A DNA stretch of 61,487 nucleotides, filler included, from 9 parts of 9 records of this genome joined end to end with filler, not necessarily neighbours in it; one strand, 5' to 3'. Counted from the first letter of the whole stretch, positions 42,874 to 52,596 are shown. Numbers and translations are program-made. The notes: a model not told the origin generated them from the letters alone.

Positions 42874-44199
42874 TCACGAAGACGCGGGAAAGCGAAGACG
42901 AACCAGCCTTCGGGGACGTCCTCTGACCTGCTGCATCTCGGAGGCGGCCGGCTCCCCGACTCCGCAGTCCGTAAGCTTCTGCAGTATCCTTCTGGCCGTC
43001 CGCTCCCCCACTCCCAGGGCATCCGCAAGGGATGTCGAATCGAAGAGCTTGTTTTCGGATACATCAGTCATTGCCTTTATTTTGCTGAGATGTACAGGAT
43101 TTATCCCCGTTTTTTCCGAAAGGCTCAAAAGAACCGGATCGGACACCCGTACAAGATAGGCCAGTTCCTTCGGGTCTCCCAGGGGTCCGGTGAGCACGCC
43201 GTCATCCACGATATAGGCCCCGCTCCCCTCCAGAACTTCCGCCCTCGCCAGAGCCGTCCGGGCCGCCTTCTCCGCATCGTAGGCGGAAATTCCGAACCCT
43301 ATCCCCGAGTGAAAAATCATCTTTTTTTTCCCGCTCCAGCGGACCAGGTTTCTGAACAGGCGGCGGTTTTCCTCTTTTTCGATCTCTCCGCGGGTGCTGA
43401 AAATGATGAATTCCTCCCGGCTGAAGGTGAAAAGAGAGCCCTGGACTCCCCGTACATAGGGGATGAGTTTGATATAGAATTCCCCCTTTTTCTGCAGGTC
43501 GCCGTACTGGCTCAGCGACTCCTGGGTAATGCCCTTGACCCGGATGATCTGAATGGCGATGCCGGCGGATTGAAGGTTGCGGGTGCGGACGCTATGGATC
43601 AGGCGATCCAGATGCTGACGGATCTGGATCGCATTGGGGTAGAGCCGGACGACCGGCAGCCCTTCGTTCTTCAGCTTTGTGTAGATGGAGCCGAATCCTG
43701 TCAGAATGACATCCACATCCCCCTGCCTGTAGAGTGACCGATGCCTTTCGGCGTATTCATCCTCCTCCAGTTCGGGTGAAAAGGGCATGGCATGGATGGA
43801 ATCGAAACTCAGTTCGAACTCGCTCATGACCTCCCGGAACACCTGCTGCGGTACGACGTCGATGCTGAGCCTCTTATACTCCATTCCCTTTTGTTCCATG
43901 GTCCAGATGGCGCTCATCAGGCTGTATCCGCTACGGGGGATGGTCTGGTGGGGCTTTGTAATCTTACAGTGTTTCCGGACCTCTTCCATAACGGCTATCC
44001 CCGTAAAAAAGACGCCGTCGTTCTCATCCTGGCAAAGATCGAAGACCTCCGCCGCTTCGGAGACCTCTTCCTTTACATAGGCTTTGAGCTGCACATGGGG
44101 ATAGTTATCCCTTACGGCGCTATCGATTTTTTCGATAGAGTCGCGGGGACCAATGACCCCGATTTTCAGAACGCTGGGTGTAACGGATGGAAAATCCAT
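42874..44199 (-). CDS. Putative transcriptional regulator (N-terminal sensor, central cyclase/GGDEF-like fold, C-terminal HTH)
   Basis: IGVIGP…FFTG N-terminus; SGIGFGISA; LADALGVGERTARRILQKL…RGRP. Confidence 0.75.
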   Translation of the reverse strand: MDFPSVTPSVLKIGVIGPRDSIEKIDSAVRDNYPHVQLKAYVKEEVSEAAEVFDLCQDENDGVFFTGIAVMEEVRKHCKITKPHQTIPRSGYSLMSAIWTMEQKGMEYKRLSIDVVPQQVFREVMSEFELSFDSIHAMPFSPELEEDEYAERHRSLYRQGDVDVILTGFGSIYTKLKNEGLPVVRLYPNAIQIRQHLDRLIHSVRTRNLQSAGIAIQIIRVKGITQESLSQYGDLQKKGEFYIKLIPYVRGVQGSLFTFSREEFIIFSTRGEIEKEENRRLFRNLVRWSGKKKMIFHSGIGFGISAYDAEKAARTALARAEVLEGSGAYIVDDGVLTGPLGDPKELAYLVRVSDPVLLSLSEKTGINPVHLSKIKAMTDVSENKLFDSTSLADALGVGERTARRILQKLTDCGVGEPAASEMQQVRGRPRRLVRLRFPASS

Positions 44200-44205
44200 A
44201 GTTCC

Positions 44206-44234
44206 AAGCTACTCAAGGGAGGAGAATTTATCAA
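44206..44234 (-). promoter_or_regulatory. Sigma70-type promoter, probably leaderless transcript
   Basis: Minus strand TTGATA-N17-TAGCTT, ATG 6 nt downstream. Confidence 0.55.
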
Positions 44235-44297
44235 GCCGAAATATGATTTGAGGGGCTTTTCCTTTCAGAACCCCTGGAAAGCAGAGTTCTTAATTAT

Positions 44298-44340
44298 TTT
44301 TAAAACCATGTTTCATTTATTTTAAAACCGTGTTATAGTA
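44298..44340 (+). promoter_or_regulatory. Tandem KdgR-like boxes overlapping the eda promoter
   Basis: TTTTAAAACCATGTTTCATTT and TTTTAAAACCGTGTTATAGTA at a 22-bp period; TTTCAT-N17-TATAGT promoter. Confidence 0.6.
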
Positions 44341-44542
44341 TCCCCCACAGGAATCATAAAAACGAATCAAAACAAGCGAATCCCAAAGATTCCAGGAGAT
44401 GATAAAAAGGCTGGCCGCAAACAGAGTTTGCTGCTCGCCCATGCATCCCGGGGGACACATGTAACGTTGGGCCCCTTTTTGATCATGAAGCGACAGAGAC
44501 TTTTCGAAGAAAAGCGCTCGAAAGCTTTCATAGGAGTATAGA

Positions 44543-45202
44543 ATGAGCGATTACAAGGCGAAGTGTGATGCCGTGGTGGAAGCCCTCGGCAAGGTAAAGG
44601 TTGTTCCCGTACTGGCCATCGAAAAGGTGGAAGACGGAATCAAGATGTGCGAGGTTCTGAACGACTGCGGTCTGAAGGCTGCGGAGATCACCTTCAGAAC
44701 GAAGGCCGCCGAAGGCATTATCAAGGAAGCGGCCGTTCAGTTCCCCGAGCTGGTCCTGGGAGCCGGAACGGTTCTCAACAACGAAGACCTCCACAAGGCC
44801 TTCAATGCGGGCGCCAAGTTTGCCGTAGCCCCCGGTTTCAATCCGGTCGTAGTGGAAGAAGCCGTAAAGTCGGGCTACCCCTTCTTCCCCGGTTTCTGCA
44901 CCCCGTCCGAGCTGGAGCAGATCATGCAGTTCGGCATCAGGATGGTGAAGTTCTTCCCCGCAGAGGCCATGGGCGGCGTTAAGATGCTGGCCAACTTCAT
45001 CGGCCCCTACAAGCACATGGGAATCAAGGTAATGCCCACCGGCGGCGTGAACACCGGAAACCTGGGCGACTACCTCTCCATTCCTCAGATCGCCTGCGCC
45101 GGAGGAACCTGGGTGGGCAAGGCCGCCGATATCGAGGCGGGCGAATGGGACAAGATCGCCGGGATCGTCAAAGACGCCGTAGCGCTGGCGTCCAAGTACT
45201 GA
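44543..45202 (+). CDS. eda: KDPG/KHG aldolase
   Basis: EITFRT, GAGTV, KFFPAE and PTGGV. Confidence 0.95.
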   Translation: MSDYKAKCDAVVEALGKVKVVPVLAIEKVEDGIKMCEVLNDCGLKAAEITFRTKAAEGIIKEAAVQFPELVLGAGTVLNNEDLHKAFNAGAKFAVAPGFNPVVVEEAVKSGYPFFPGFCTPSELEQIMQFGIRMVKFFPAEAMGGVKMLANFIGPYKHMGIKVMPTGGVNTGNLGDYLSIPQIACAGGTWVGKAADIEAGEWDKIAGIVKDAVALASKY

Positions 45203-45266
45203 TCCCTCTGGCAGACATGGCCCGCTGCGGAAGCGGGCGCAATATGACGACTATGAGGAGAATACA

Positions 45267-46364
45267 ATGGCAAAACTGACCATAAGACCTGCCCAAGAGT
45301 GCAGATACGATATCCTCTCCCTGGGAGAGGTCATGCTCCGTCTGGATCCCGGCGAAGGCCGCATCCACACCACCAGAGGCTTCCAGGCCTGGGAAGGCGG
45401 CGGTGAATACAACGTAGCCAGGGGCCTGAGACGCTGCTTCGGCATGCGGGCCGCCGTGGTGACCGCCTTCGCCGACAACCCCGTGGGACGCCTGGTCGAG
45501 GACCTGATCCTTCAGGGAGGCGTGGACAGCTCCTACATCAAGTGGGTGAAATACGACGGCTGCGGCCGTGAGGTCCGCAACGGCCTGAACTTCACCGAGC
45601 GTGGATTCGGAATCCGGGGAGCCGTAGGATGCTCCGACCGGGGCCATACCGCTTCCAGCCAGCTGAAGGCCGGCGATATAGACTGGGAAGGCATCTTCAG
45701 CCAGGGCGTCCGCTGGTTCCACACCGGAGGGATCTTCGCCGCCTTGAGCGAGACGACGCCCGAGGTCGTGATAGAGGCCATGAAGGCCGCCAAGAAGTAC
45801 GGCACCGTCGTCTCCTACGACCTGAACTACCGCCCCTCCCTCTGGAAGGCTATCGGAGGCGAGGCCAAGGCCCAGGAAGTGAACAGAGAGATCGCCAAGT
45901 ACGTGGACGTGATGATCGGCAACGAAGAAGACTTCACCGCCTGTCTCGGCTTCGAGGTAGAGGGCACGGATGAGAACCTCACCGACCTGGAGACCGACAG
46001 CTTTAAGAAGATGATCGCCAAGGCCGTGGCCGAGTACCCCAACTTCAAGGCTACCGCCACCACCCTGCGGGGCGTGGTCACCGCCACGGTGAACGACTGG
46101 GGCGCCATCTCCTGGTACGACGGGGAGATCTATGAGGCGGTCCACAGGCCCAGGCTGGAGATCATGGACCGCGTAGGCGGAGGCGACAGCTTCGCCTCCG
46201 GCCTGATCTACGGATTCCTGACCTATAACGACGCCGACAGGGCGGTCAACTACGGAGCCGCCCACGGCGCGCTGGCCATGACTACCCCCGGCGACACCAC
46301 CATGGCCTCGCTGGCTGAGGTAGAGAAGATCGTAGGGGGCGGCGGCGCCAGAGTGGACCGCTGA
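45267..46364 (+). CDS. kdgK: 2-keto-3-deoxygluconate kinase (PfkB family)
   Basis: GEVMLRL, GGGEYNVA, DLNYRPSLW and DRVGGGDSF; adjacent to eda. Confidence 0.9.
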   Translation: MAKLTIRPAQECRYDILSLGEVMLRLDPGEGRIHTTRGFQAWEGGGEYNVARGLRRCFGMRAAVVTAFADNPVGRLVEDLILQGGVDSSYIKWVKYDGCGREVRNGLNFTERGFGIRGAVGCSDRGHTASSQLKAGDIDWEGIFSQGVRWFHTGGIFAALSETTPEVVIEAMKAAKKYGTVVSYDLNYRPSLWKAIGGEAKAQEVNREIAKYVDVMIGNEEDFTACLGFEVEGTDENLTDLETDSFKKMIAKAVAEYPNFKATATTLRGVVTATVNDWGAISWYDGEIYEAVHRPRLEIMDRVGGGDSFASGLIYGFLTYNDADRAVNYGAAHGALAMTTPGDTTMASLAEVEKIVGGGGARVDR

Positions 46365-46406
46365 CCCTTGAGATAGTTAAGATATAAAAAAGTTACTCCT
46401 TGACCG

Positions 46407-46446
46407 GACCGGGAGCCTCGGCAGATGGGGTTTCCGGTCTTTTTTT
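46407..46446 (+). terminator. Intrinsic terminator after kdgK
   Basis: GACCGGGAGCCTC…GGGGTTTCCGGTC followed by a T-run. Confidence 0.8.
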
Positions 46447-46523
46447 ATGGAAGGAGATCTTTCCCCGGGCCGCCTCGGCCGATGTTCCGGGCCGAATCAT
46501 TTTCAGGTCCAGTTCCGATAGGA

Positions 46524-46623
46524 NNNNNNNNNNNNNNNNNNNNNNNNNNNNNNNNNNNNNNNNNNNNTTAATTAATTAANNNNNNNNNNNNNNNNNNNNN
46601 NNNNNNNNNNNNNNNNNNNNNNN
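46524..46623. other. Artificial contig spacer
   Basis: N44-TTAATTAATTAA-N44. Confidence 0.99.
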
Positions 46624-47377
46624 TGAAGATGCCCGAATAGATGCCGCCCAGGATGATAAAGGGGATCATCAGGGCGAATTTCCCGTCCCATACGGTTTTC
46701 AGCCAGCGCTTGAACTGAAATTTCTCACGGGAGTTTTCATATCCGTGGATGCGATTCAGGATCATGTTGGTGATCATGATTGAAATCATGATCATGACGC
46801 CCGGCACCGCCGCTGCCAAAAACAGGGTCGAAGCCGATATGCCGAGGATCAATCCGATAATGATGTAGGCGATCGAGGGCGGGATCAGGATTCCGGTACA
46901 GGAGCCGGATGCGACCAAGGCGCAGGCATAGGCGCGCGGGTATCCACGATCGACCAATCGGGCATAGGTGATACGGCCGACGGCGGCGGCGCCGGCGGCG
47001 TCGGAGCCTGAAATGCAGGAGAAAAACCCGCAGCCGAGAACGGTCGACGTTCCGAGGCCGGAGCGCAGGCTGCCCATGGACGCCTCGGCGATATCCAGAA
47101 GCTTGTTGGAAAGACCCGATCGCACCAATACGTCGCCGGTCAGGATGAAAAGCGGGATGGCGATCAGGGCGAAGGCGTCGATGCCGTGGAACAGGGCTTC
47201 GCCGAACAGCGACAGGGGCAGGATGTCGGTGAAGTACAGAAGTGCGACGGCGGTTATGCCCAGGGTTACCCAGATCGGAATTGCCAAGGCGAAGAAAACC
47301 ACCATGCCCAAGACCGGCACGATGAGTTCCCAACCCCATTCGAGGGTGACGCCCGGTACTTGGTATAGCTGATGCAC
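46624..47377 (-). CDS. TRAP transporter large permease (DctM), 3'-truncated
   Basis: AIPLFILTG, ISGS, GILIPPSI and GGIYSGIF. Confidence 0.93.
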
Positions 47378-47400
47378 GGCGTGTGTCCCCCCCCCTGGCC

Positions 47401-47916
47401 CTAATCGAACAGTTTCAATCCGCTGAAAACTTCGCGGCCGGCGATGACATCGCGCACGTCGCGCCGGATCGACTGAACGATGCGCGCGATCATCATCGTG
47501 AAACCCAAGGGGACGGCGATCAGGAACCAGACCTGGATGATGCGCAGGCCGTCGGTAACAGAGCCGAACTTCCAGGAAACCAGAACCGGATCCATCGACC
47601 AGTAAAGGCCGAAGCAGGCCAACGCCAAGGTCAGAAGGTCACCGAGGATATAGAAGGCGCCGACGCCGCGGGGCGGCAGGTAATGAAGGATAACGTCAAT
47701 GCGGATATGGGCGCGGTCGCGTATGGCGGCCGAGGCGCCGATCCAAACCAGATAAATGAAAGCGTAGCGGGCGGTTTCTTCCCCCCAGACGGACGAATAG
47801 GCGAGAACGAAACGGCGGACGACCTCGATGAAGATGACCATCACGATGAAGCCGTAGAACCACAACAGCAGCCACCGTTCGCCGTCCTTGTCGATCTTTT
47901 TGAGGAATTCGGTCAT
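47401..47916 (-). CDS. TRAP transporter small permease (DctQ)
   Basis: WGEETARY…HIRID; four TM helices. Confidence 0.92.
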   Translation of the reverse strand: MTEFLKKIDKDGERWLLLWFYGFIVMVIFIEVVRRFVLAYSSVWGEETARYAFIYLVWIGASAAIRDRAHIRIDVILHYLPPRGVGAFYILGDLLTLALACFGLYWSMDPVLVSWKFGSVTDGLRIIQVWFLIAVPLGFTMMIARIVQSIRRDVRDVIAGREVFSGLKLFD

Positions 47917-47990
47917 CGCCGCCGCTCGGTTTTCCGGAGAAGTCGGGACCGGAGCGGCGTCATGCCGCCCCGGCCCGGTTCAGCTTGCAG

Positions 47991-49145
47991 TTACACGTCG
48001 TGGACGCGGTACTGACCCTGGGTTTTCGAAGCCTCGAGCAATTGGTCGAAGGCGGCGAGAGAACCGATCAGTTCCTTCTTGGTGGCGTCCCATTCCTTGT
48101 TCTGCTGACCGGCAGCGTCGACCCACTGCTGCATTTCGGCATCGGTCGGTTTATAGAATTGGACACCGGCCTTTTTCATCTCGGCCATTGCATGGGCGCG
48201 CGATGCCGGAACCTGCGAGAGATTCTGGACGAAGGTGATTTCGGAAGCGAAGTCGATGGCCTCGCGGACGTCCATCGGCAGGCCGTTGAACCATTCGAGA
48301 TTGCACGAATAGACCTGACTGTCGGGAACGGCCTGATCGAAGGTGACCCACGACAGGATGTCCTTGAAGCCGAATACATAGAGGGCGCCAACGGCGGGAT
48401 CGAGGGCGTCGGCAACGCCCTGCTTGATGGCCGACGGGGTTTCGCCCCAGGCCACCGGCGTCGGATTGGCGCCAAGCATGCGGTAGAACTGTTTCAGGAT
48501 ATTCGAGCCCGGTACCCGGAACTTGATGCCCTTGAGGTCGTCCGGCGTACGGAACGGCTCGTCGCGAAGGCCTTGACGCATGGCCGCGGTGCGCGGATCG
48601 ATGCAGAAATAGAAAAGCGGCTTGAAGCCTTTCTGCGCGACCTTTGCGTCGACTTCTTTTTTCCAGACATCGGAAGTGACGAGGTTGACGAAAGGTTGGT
48701 TTTCGCCGACCCAGTACGGAATGTTGATCAGATCGACGGCGGGCGCGAACGGCGCGAAGTTCGAAATGGAATGCTGGGCCGCCTGAATGGTTCCGGCCTG
48801 AACCTTCTGGGCAAGCGCCGTGCCGGCGCCGAGCTGTCCGCCCGGGGCCAATTTCACGTAGACCTGTCCGGCTGTCGTATTCTGGACGTTCTCCTTCACA
48901 TTCAGCTGCATCATCGGATAGGCCCGGGTCGTGCCGATGCGGTAGGCTGATGCCACGGTCATCGTATATTTGGCCGCGTCTTGCCGCTCCTTTTCCTCCT
49001 TGGCCGATTGGGCCGCCGCTTCGCGGCTGGTCAACAGGCCGGCGGCACCGGCGACAATGGCTGCGGTAACACCGAATTTGCTCGAGATTTCCAGGAAATT
49101 GCGTCGCTCCTCGGATTGCAGACTGTGATCTTTATTTTTGCTCAT
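47991..49145 (-). CDS. TRAP substrate-binding protein (DctP) with Tat signal; HpsK-like
   Basis: ERRNFL twin-arginine signal; GGQLG, KFRVP and NPTPVAWGE; GAGGAGG SD. The HpsK resemblance is from recall. Confidence 0.9.
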   Translation of the reverse strand: MSKNKDHSLQSEERRNFLEISSKFGVTAAIVAGAAGLLTSREAAAQSAKEEKERQDAAKYTMTVASAYRIGTTRAYPMMQLNVKENVQNTTAGQVYVKLAPGGQLGAGTALAQKVQAGTIQAAQHSISNFAPFAPAVDLINIPYWVGENQPFVNLVTSDVWKKEVDAKVAQKGFKPLFYFCIDPRTAAMRQGLRDEPFRTPDDLKGIKFRVPGSNILKQFYRMLGANPTPVAWGETPSAIKQGVADALDPAVGALYVFGFKDILSWVTFDQAVPDSQVYSCNLEWFNGLPMDVREAIDFASEITFVQNLSQVPASRAHAMAEMKKAGVQFYKPTDAEMQQWVDAAGQQNKEWDATKKELIGSLAAFDQLLEASKTQGQYRVHDV

Positions 49146-49159
49146 TGTTAAAAGCCTCC

Positions 49160-49450
49160 TCAATCGGGACTGTCAGTGGTGTCGATCGACGAATCGGGAT
49201 CGGTTTCGGACGCGCCGGCGCCGGCCCGATACTCGCGAATCAGGGTTGCGATCGTAAAAAACAGGGCAGCGGACAAGAGGACGAGATATTCGCCGACGTC
49301 GCCTAGCAGGAACGGAATGTCCCAACCGAAGGCGACACCGGCCTTTCCCACGAGGATGTCGATTAAGAACACGGCAAAAAGGACGCAGAACACCATGAAG
49401 CTGATCGAGCTTCTGCGGTTTCCGGCGGAATTGGGTTGCCTCCCAGCCAT
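49160..49450 (-). CDS. Small two-TM protein heading the TRAP operon
   Basis: Two hydrophobic helices; LGDVGEYLVL; stop abuts the dctP SD. Confidence 0.7.
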   Translation of the reverse strand: MAGRQPNSAGNRRSSISFMVFCVLFAVFLIDILVGKAGVAFGWDIPFLLGDVGEYLVLLSAALFFTIATLIREYRAGAGASETDPDSSIDTTDSPD

Positions 49451-49516
49451 GCCTGTCCCCGTTATTGTTGTCTTTCTTCGATCGCGGTTTCGCAAAAACT
49501 ACGGAACCGAATCAAA

Positions 49517-49528
49517 GTAAGCGCTTAC
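49517..49528. promoter_or_regulatory. LacI-family operator GTAAGCGCTTAC
   Basis: Perfect palindrome with central CG between the TRAP operon and the divergent LacI gene. Confidence 0.75.
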
Positions 49529-49681
49529 ATTTTTTTCTTTATTGTAGCTTTCGATTGTGCGGCCATGTCAATAGGATTTTTCGGAAAAAGAATGTTCGTT
49601 GGATTGAAATTTCTTTATGACATTGAAAACAAAGAAGTTATTATTGGAGCGCTCTTTTATTATCAATTCCGTCGATTTTCC

Positions 49682-50737
49682 ATGGTCGAGCGCAGAAAGA
49701 GAAAGCGATTACACGATGGCCCCGAGACACGGGTCAGGTTGATCGATGTCGCCCGCCGGGCCGGGGTCTCGACGGCAACCGTATCGCGCGCCCTGAACGA
49801 ACCCGCCAAGGTGCGCCCCGACCTCGCCGAGCGTGTCCGCGCCGTCATCCGGGAGATGGAGTACGTGCCCCACGGCGCCGCCCGTGCCTTGGCGTCGCAA
49901 CGCTCGTTCACCGTCGGAGCCATCATCCCGACCCTCGACAATGCCATTTTTGCGAAGGGCATCGGTGCCCTGCAGCACCGGCTGAGCGAAGCCGGATACA
50001 CGCTTGTTTTAGCGATGTCGGAATATGAACTTGAACGGGAATTGTTCCAGGCCGAAAAGCTGATCGAACGCGGCATCGATGGGCTGATGCTGATCGGCGA
50101 AGCCCACGACAAGCGCCTCTATAAAATGCTGGTGGCCAAGGCGGTGCCGTATATCAACGCCTGGATCTATCGCGATGACAGCCCGCATCCCTGCATCGGG
50201 TTTCGTAATCGCCAGGCGGCGCATCGAATTGCTTCGTTCCTGATCGATTTGGGCCATCGCAAAATCGGTATGATCGCCGGCATCGGCAAAGACAACGACC
50301 GGGCGGCGGATCGCATCGACGGCGTTCGCGATGCTCTGGGCGAACGGGGACTTTCCCTCGATGACGCGCGCTTGCTCGAGCGCCACTACGACATTTCCGA
50401 GGGTCGCGAAGGATTGCGCCGCCTGGCCGGTTCGGCGGACCCGCCGACGGCAATCATCTGCGGCAATGACGTCATCGCTTTCGGTGTATTGTTCGAAGCG
50501 ACGGCGATGGGAATACGGGTGCCGGACCAACTTTCGGTCGTCGGGTTCGACGATCTCGATCTGGCCAGTCAGGTGGCTCCGGCACTGACCACCATGCATG
50601 TACCGTCATTGCGGATGGGGCGGGGGGCGGCGGAATATCTTTTGGGGCGCCTTGCCGGCGACGAACCGTCCCCTATCGGCGAACTTGAGGCCAGCCTTGT
50701 CGTCCGCGGAACGACGGCACCGCCGCCCGGCCGTTGA
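49682..50737 (+). CDS. LacI-family transcriptional regulator (HpsR-like)
   Basis: LIDVARRAGVSTATVSRALN, YVPHGAARALAS, SVVGFDD and PALTT. Confidence 0.93.
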   Translation: MVERRKRKRLHDGPETRVRLIDVARRAGVSTATVSRALNEPAKVRPDLAERVRAVIREMEYVPHGAARALASQRSFTVGAIIPTLDNAIFAKGIGALQHRLSEAGYTLVLAMSEYELERELFQAEKLIERGIDGLMLIGEAHDKRLYKMLVAKAVPYINAWIYRDDSPHPCIGFRNRQAAHRIASFLIDLGHRKIGMIAGIGKDNDRAADRIDGVRDALGERGLSLDDARLLERHYDISEGREGLRRLAGSADPPTAIICGNDVIAFGVLFEATAMGIRVPDQLSVVGFDDLDLASQVAPALTTMHVPSLRMGRGAAEYLLGRLAGDEPSPIGELEASLVVRGTTAPPPGR

Positions 50738-50790
50738 CGATTTTGTCCGATGTTGCGGAGTGAATGCCCGATGGCTGGGTCCTGCGGATC

Positions 50791-50985
50791 CTAGGCCAGG
50801 AACAGGGCAGAAGCGCCGGCGAAAAACACGACATAGGCCGCCATCGGCATGGCCCGTTCGATGGTCCGCCAGGAAAGCCGAATGGATTTCCGAGGGTGTT
50901 TGGCCGCAACCGCGAATCCGCGATGGCGCCAGGTGCTGGATGGCTTCAAAGGCTGGCGGAAGGCGTGGGGCGAGGTCGCGATCAT
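50791..50985 (-). CDS. 64-aa hypothetical protein with C-terminal hydrophobic helix
   Basis: GGAGAAG SD before ATG; basic N-terminus; MAAYVVFFAGASALFLA tail. Confidence 0.45.
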   Translation of the reverse strand: MIATSPHAFRQPLKPSSTWRHRGFAVAAKHPRKSIRLSWRTIERAMPMAAYVVFFAGASALFLA

Positions 50986-51285
50986 GGATCTTCTCCGTCC
51001 GGGTCCGTATTGCTGGAACCGACAATAGCCGCCGATCGCGGACCTGACTGTTAAGTTGATCACAGTTCAGAAAGATTCTTAATTATTTTGCCGCCAGGGT
51101 TTGCGCCCGCCGACTACCCCCCCCCGGCCGGTGTGCATTGTCAATGCCGGGGCAATGTCGTAGAAACCGCAGATGCGGGCGGTTTCGCGGCCCTTTCGAC
51201 AGCCTGTCCCTTGTTAAGGTGCGGCGTCGATATCGAGGGTGACGGCGGAACCCCGGTGGTTTTTTCGACGGAGACAAGAACGGAT

Positions 51286-52590
51286 ATGCCGGTACGCCTG
51301 GACAATCGGGACAACGACTTCGAACCGCGGTTTGCCGATCTCATCGCCGCCAAACGCGATGTCGAGTCGAACGTCGCCGGCGTCGTTACCGATATCCTGG
51401 GCGACGTGCGGGCCAACGGCGATGCGGCGCTGATTGCGTTGACCGAAAAATTCGACCGGCAGACGCTGAGCCCCGAAGCGTTGCGGATTTCAGCCGATGA
51501 GGTCGATCGGGCGATCGCCGACTGCGCCGCCGAAACCTTGGAGGCCCTCCGCCTGGCGGCCGATCGCATCGCCGATTATCACCGGCGTCAGATGCCCGAT
51601 GACCTTTCGTATCGGGACAAAACCGGCATGCAATTGGGTTTCCGGTGGACACCGGTTTCGGCCGCCGGCCTTTACGTGCCCGGCGGATTGGCGGCCTATC
51701 CGTCGTCGGTCCTGATGAATGCGATTCCGGCTAAGGTCGCCGGCGTGGCGCGCCTGGTGATGGTGGTGCCGACGCCTGACGGGATTTTGAACCCGCTGGT
51801 TCTGGCGGCGGCGCGGACCGCCGGGGTCGACGAGATTTACCGCATTGGCGGTGCCCAGGCGGTGGCGGCGCTGGCTTACGGCACGCAGACCATCGCGCCG
51901 GTCGACAAGATCGTCGGACCCGGCAACGCCTATGTCGCCGAGGCCAAACGGCAGGTCTTCGGTACCGTCGGCATCGACATGATCGCCGGCCCATCCGAAA
52001 TCCTGGTGGTTGCCGATCGCTTCAACGATCCGGCATGGATCGCCGCCGATCTGCTGAGCCAAGCCGAACACGACGCCAACGCCCAGGCCATTCTGATCAC
52101 CGATGACGCCGGTTTCGCCGATGCCGTCGCGTCCGCCGTCGACCGCCATTTGGCGACCCTGCCAAGGGCCGAAATCGCCGGCCGCAGCTGGAACGATTTT
52201 GGCGGCATCGTCGTCGTTTCCGACATCGCCGAGGCGCCGGCCCTGGTCGACAGTATCGCACCCGAACATCTGGAAATTGCGACGGAAAACGCGGCCGAGA
52301 TGGCCGATGCCATTCACCACGCCGGCGCCATCTTCATCGGCCGTTTCACGCCCGAGGCGATCGGCGATTATATCGCCGGCCCGAACCATGTTTTGCCGAC
52401 GTCGGGAAGCGCGCGGTTTTCATCGGGGCTTGGCGTTCTCGATTTTCTCAAGCGTTCGTCGCTTATTTGCGGCAATGCCGAAAGTCTGTCCGCCGTCGGC
52501 CCCGCCGCCATGACGCTTGCAAAGGCAGAGGGCCTCGACGCCCACGCCTTGTCGGTCGCGATCCGTATGAACCGCGGCCCGACGGAATGA
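51286..52590 (+). CDS. hisD: Histidinol dehydrogenase
   Basis: YVPGG…YPSSVLM, GPGNAYV, AGPSEI, SQAEHD, APEHLE and GPNHVLPT; canonical downstream synteny. Confidence 0.95.
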   Translation: MPVRLDNRDNDFEPRFADLIAAKRDVESNVAGVVTDILGDVRANGDAALIALTEKFDRQTLSPEALRISADEVDRAIADCAAETLEALRLAADRIADYHRRQMPDDLSYRDKTGMQLGFRWTPVSAAGLYVPGGLAAYPSSVLMNAIPAKVAGVARLVMVVPTPDGILNPLVLAAARTAGVDEIYRIGGAQAVAALAYGTQTIAPVDKIVGPGNAYVAEAKRQVFGTVGIDMIAGPSEILVVADRFNDPAWIAADLLSQAEHDANAQAILITDDAGFADAVASAVDRHLATLPRAEIAGRSWNDFGGIVVVSDIAEAPALVDSIAPEHLEIATENAAEMADAIHHAGAIFIGRFTPEAIGDYIAGPNHVLPTSGSARFSSGLGVLDFLKRSSLICGNAESLSAVGPAAMTLAKAEGLDAHALSVAIRMNRGPTE

Positions 52591-52596
52591 GTTGCC

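Noticed and set aside
44399..44464. 21-codon uORF MIKRLAANRVCCSPMHPGGHM in the eda leader
   Set aside because: The AGGAG directly abuts the ATG with no spacing, and nothing else supports translation.
51286..52590. HisD-like gene next to the hpsKLM/hpsR-like locus as the DHPS dehydrogenase HpsN
   Set aside because: It has true HisD motifs (AYPSSVLMNA, GPSEI) and the canonical hisD-UPF0262-LMWPTP-infA-maf-rng synteny. HpsN as I recall it reads YSHIASA and GPTDS.
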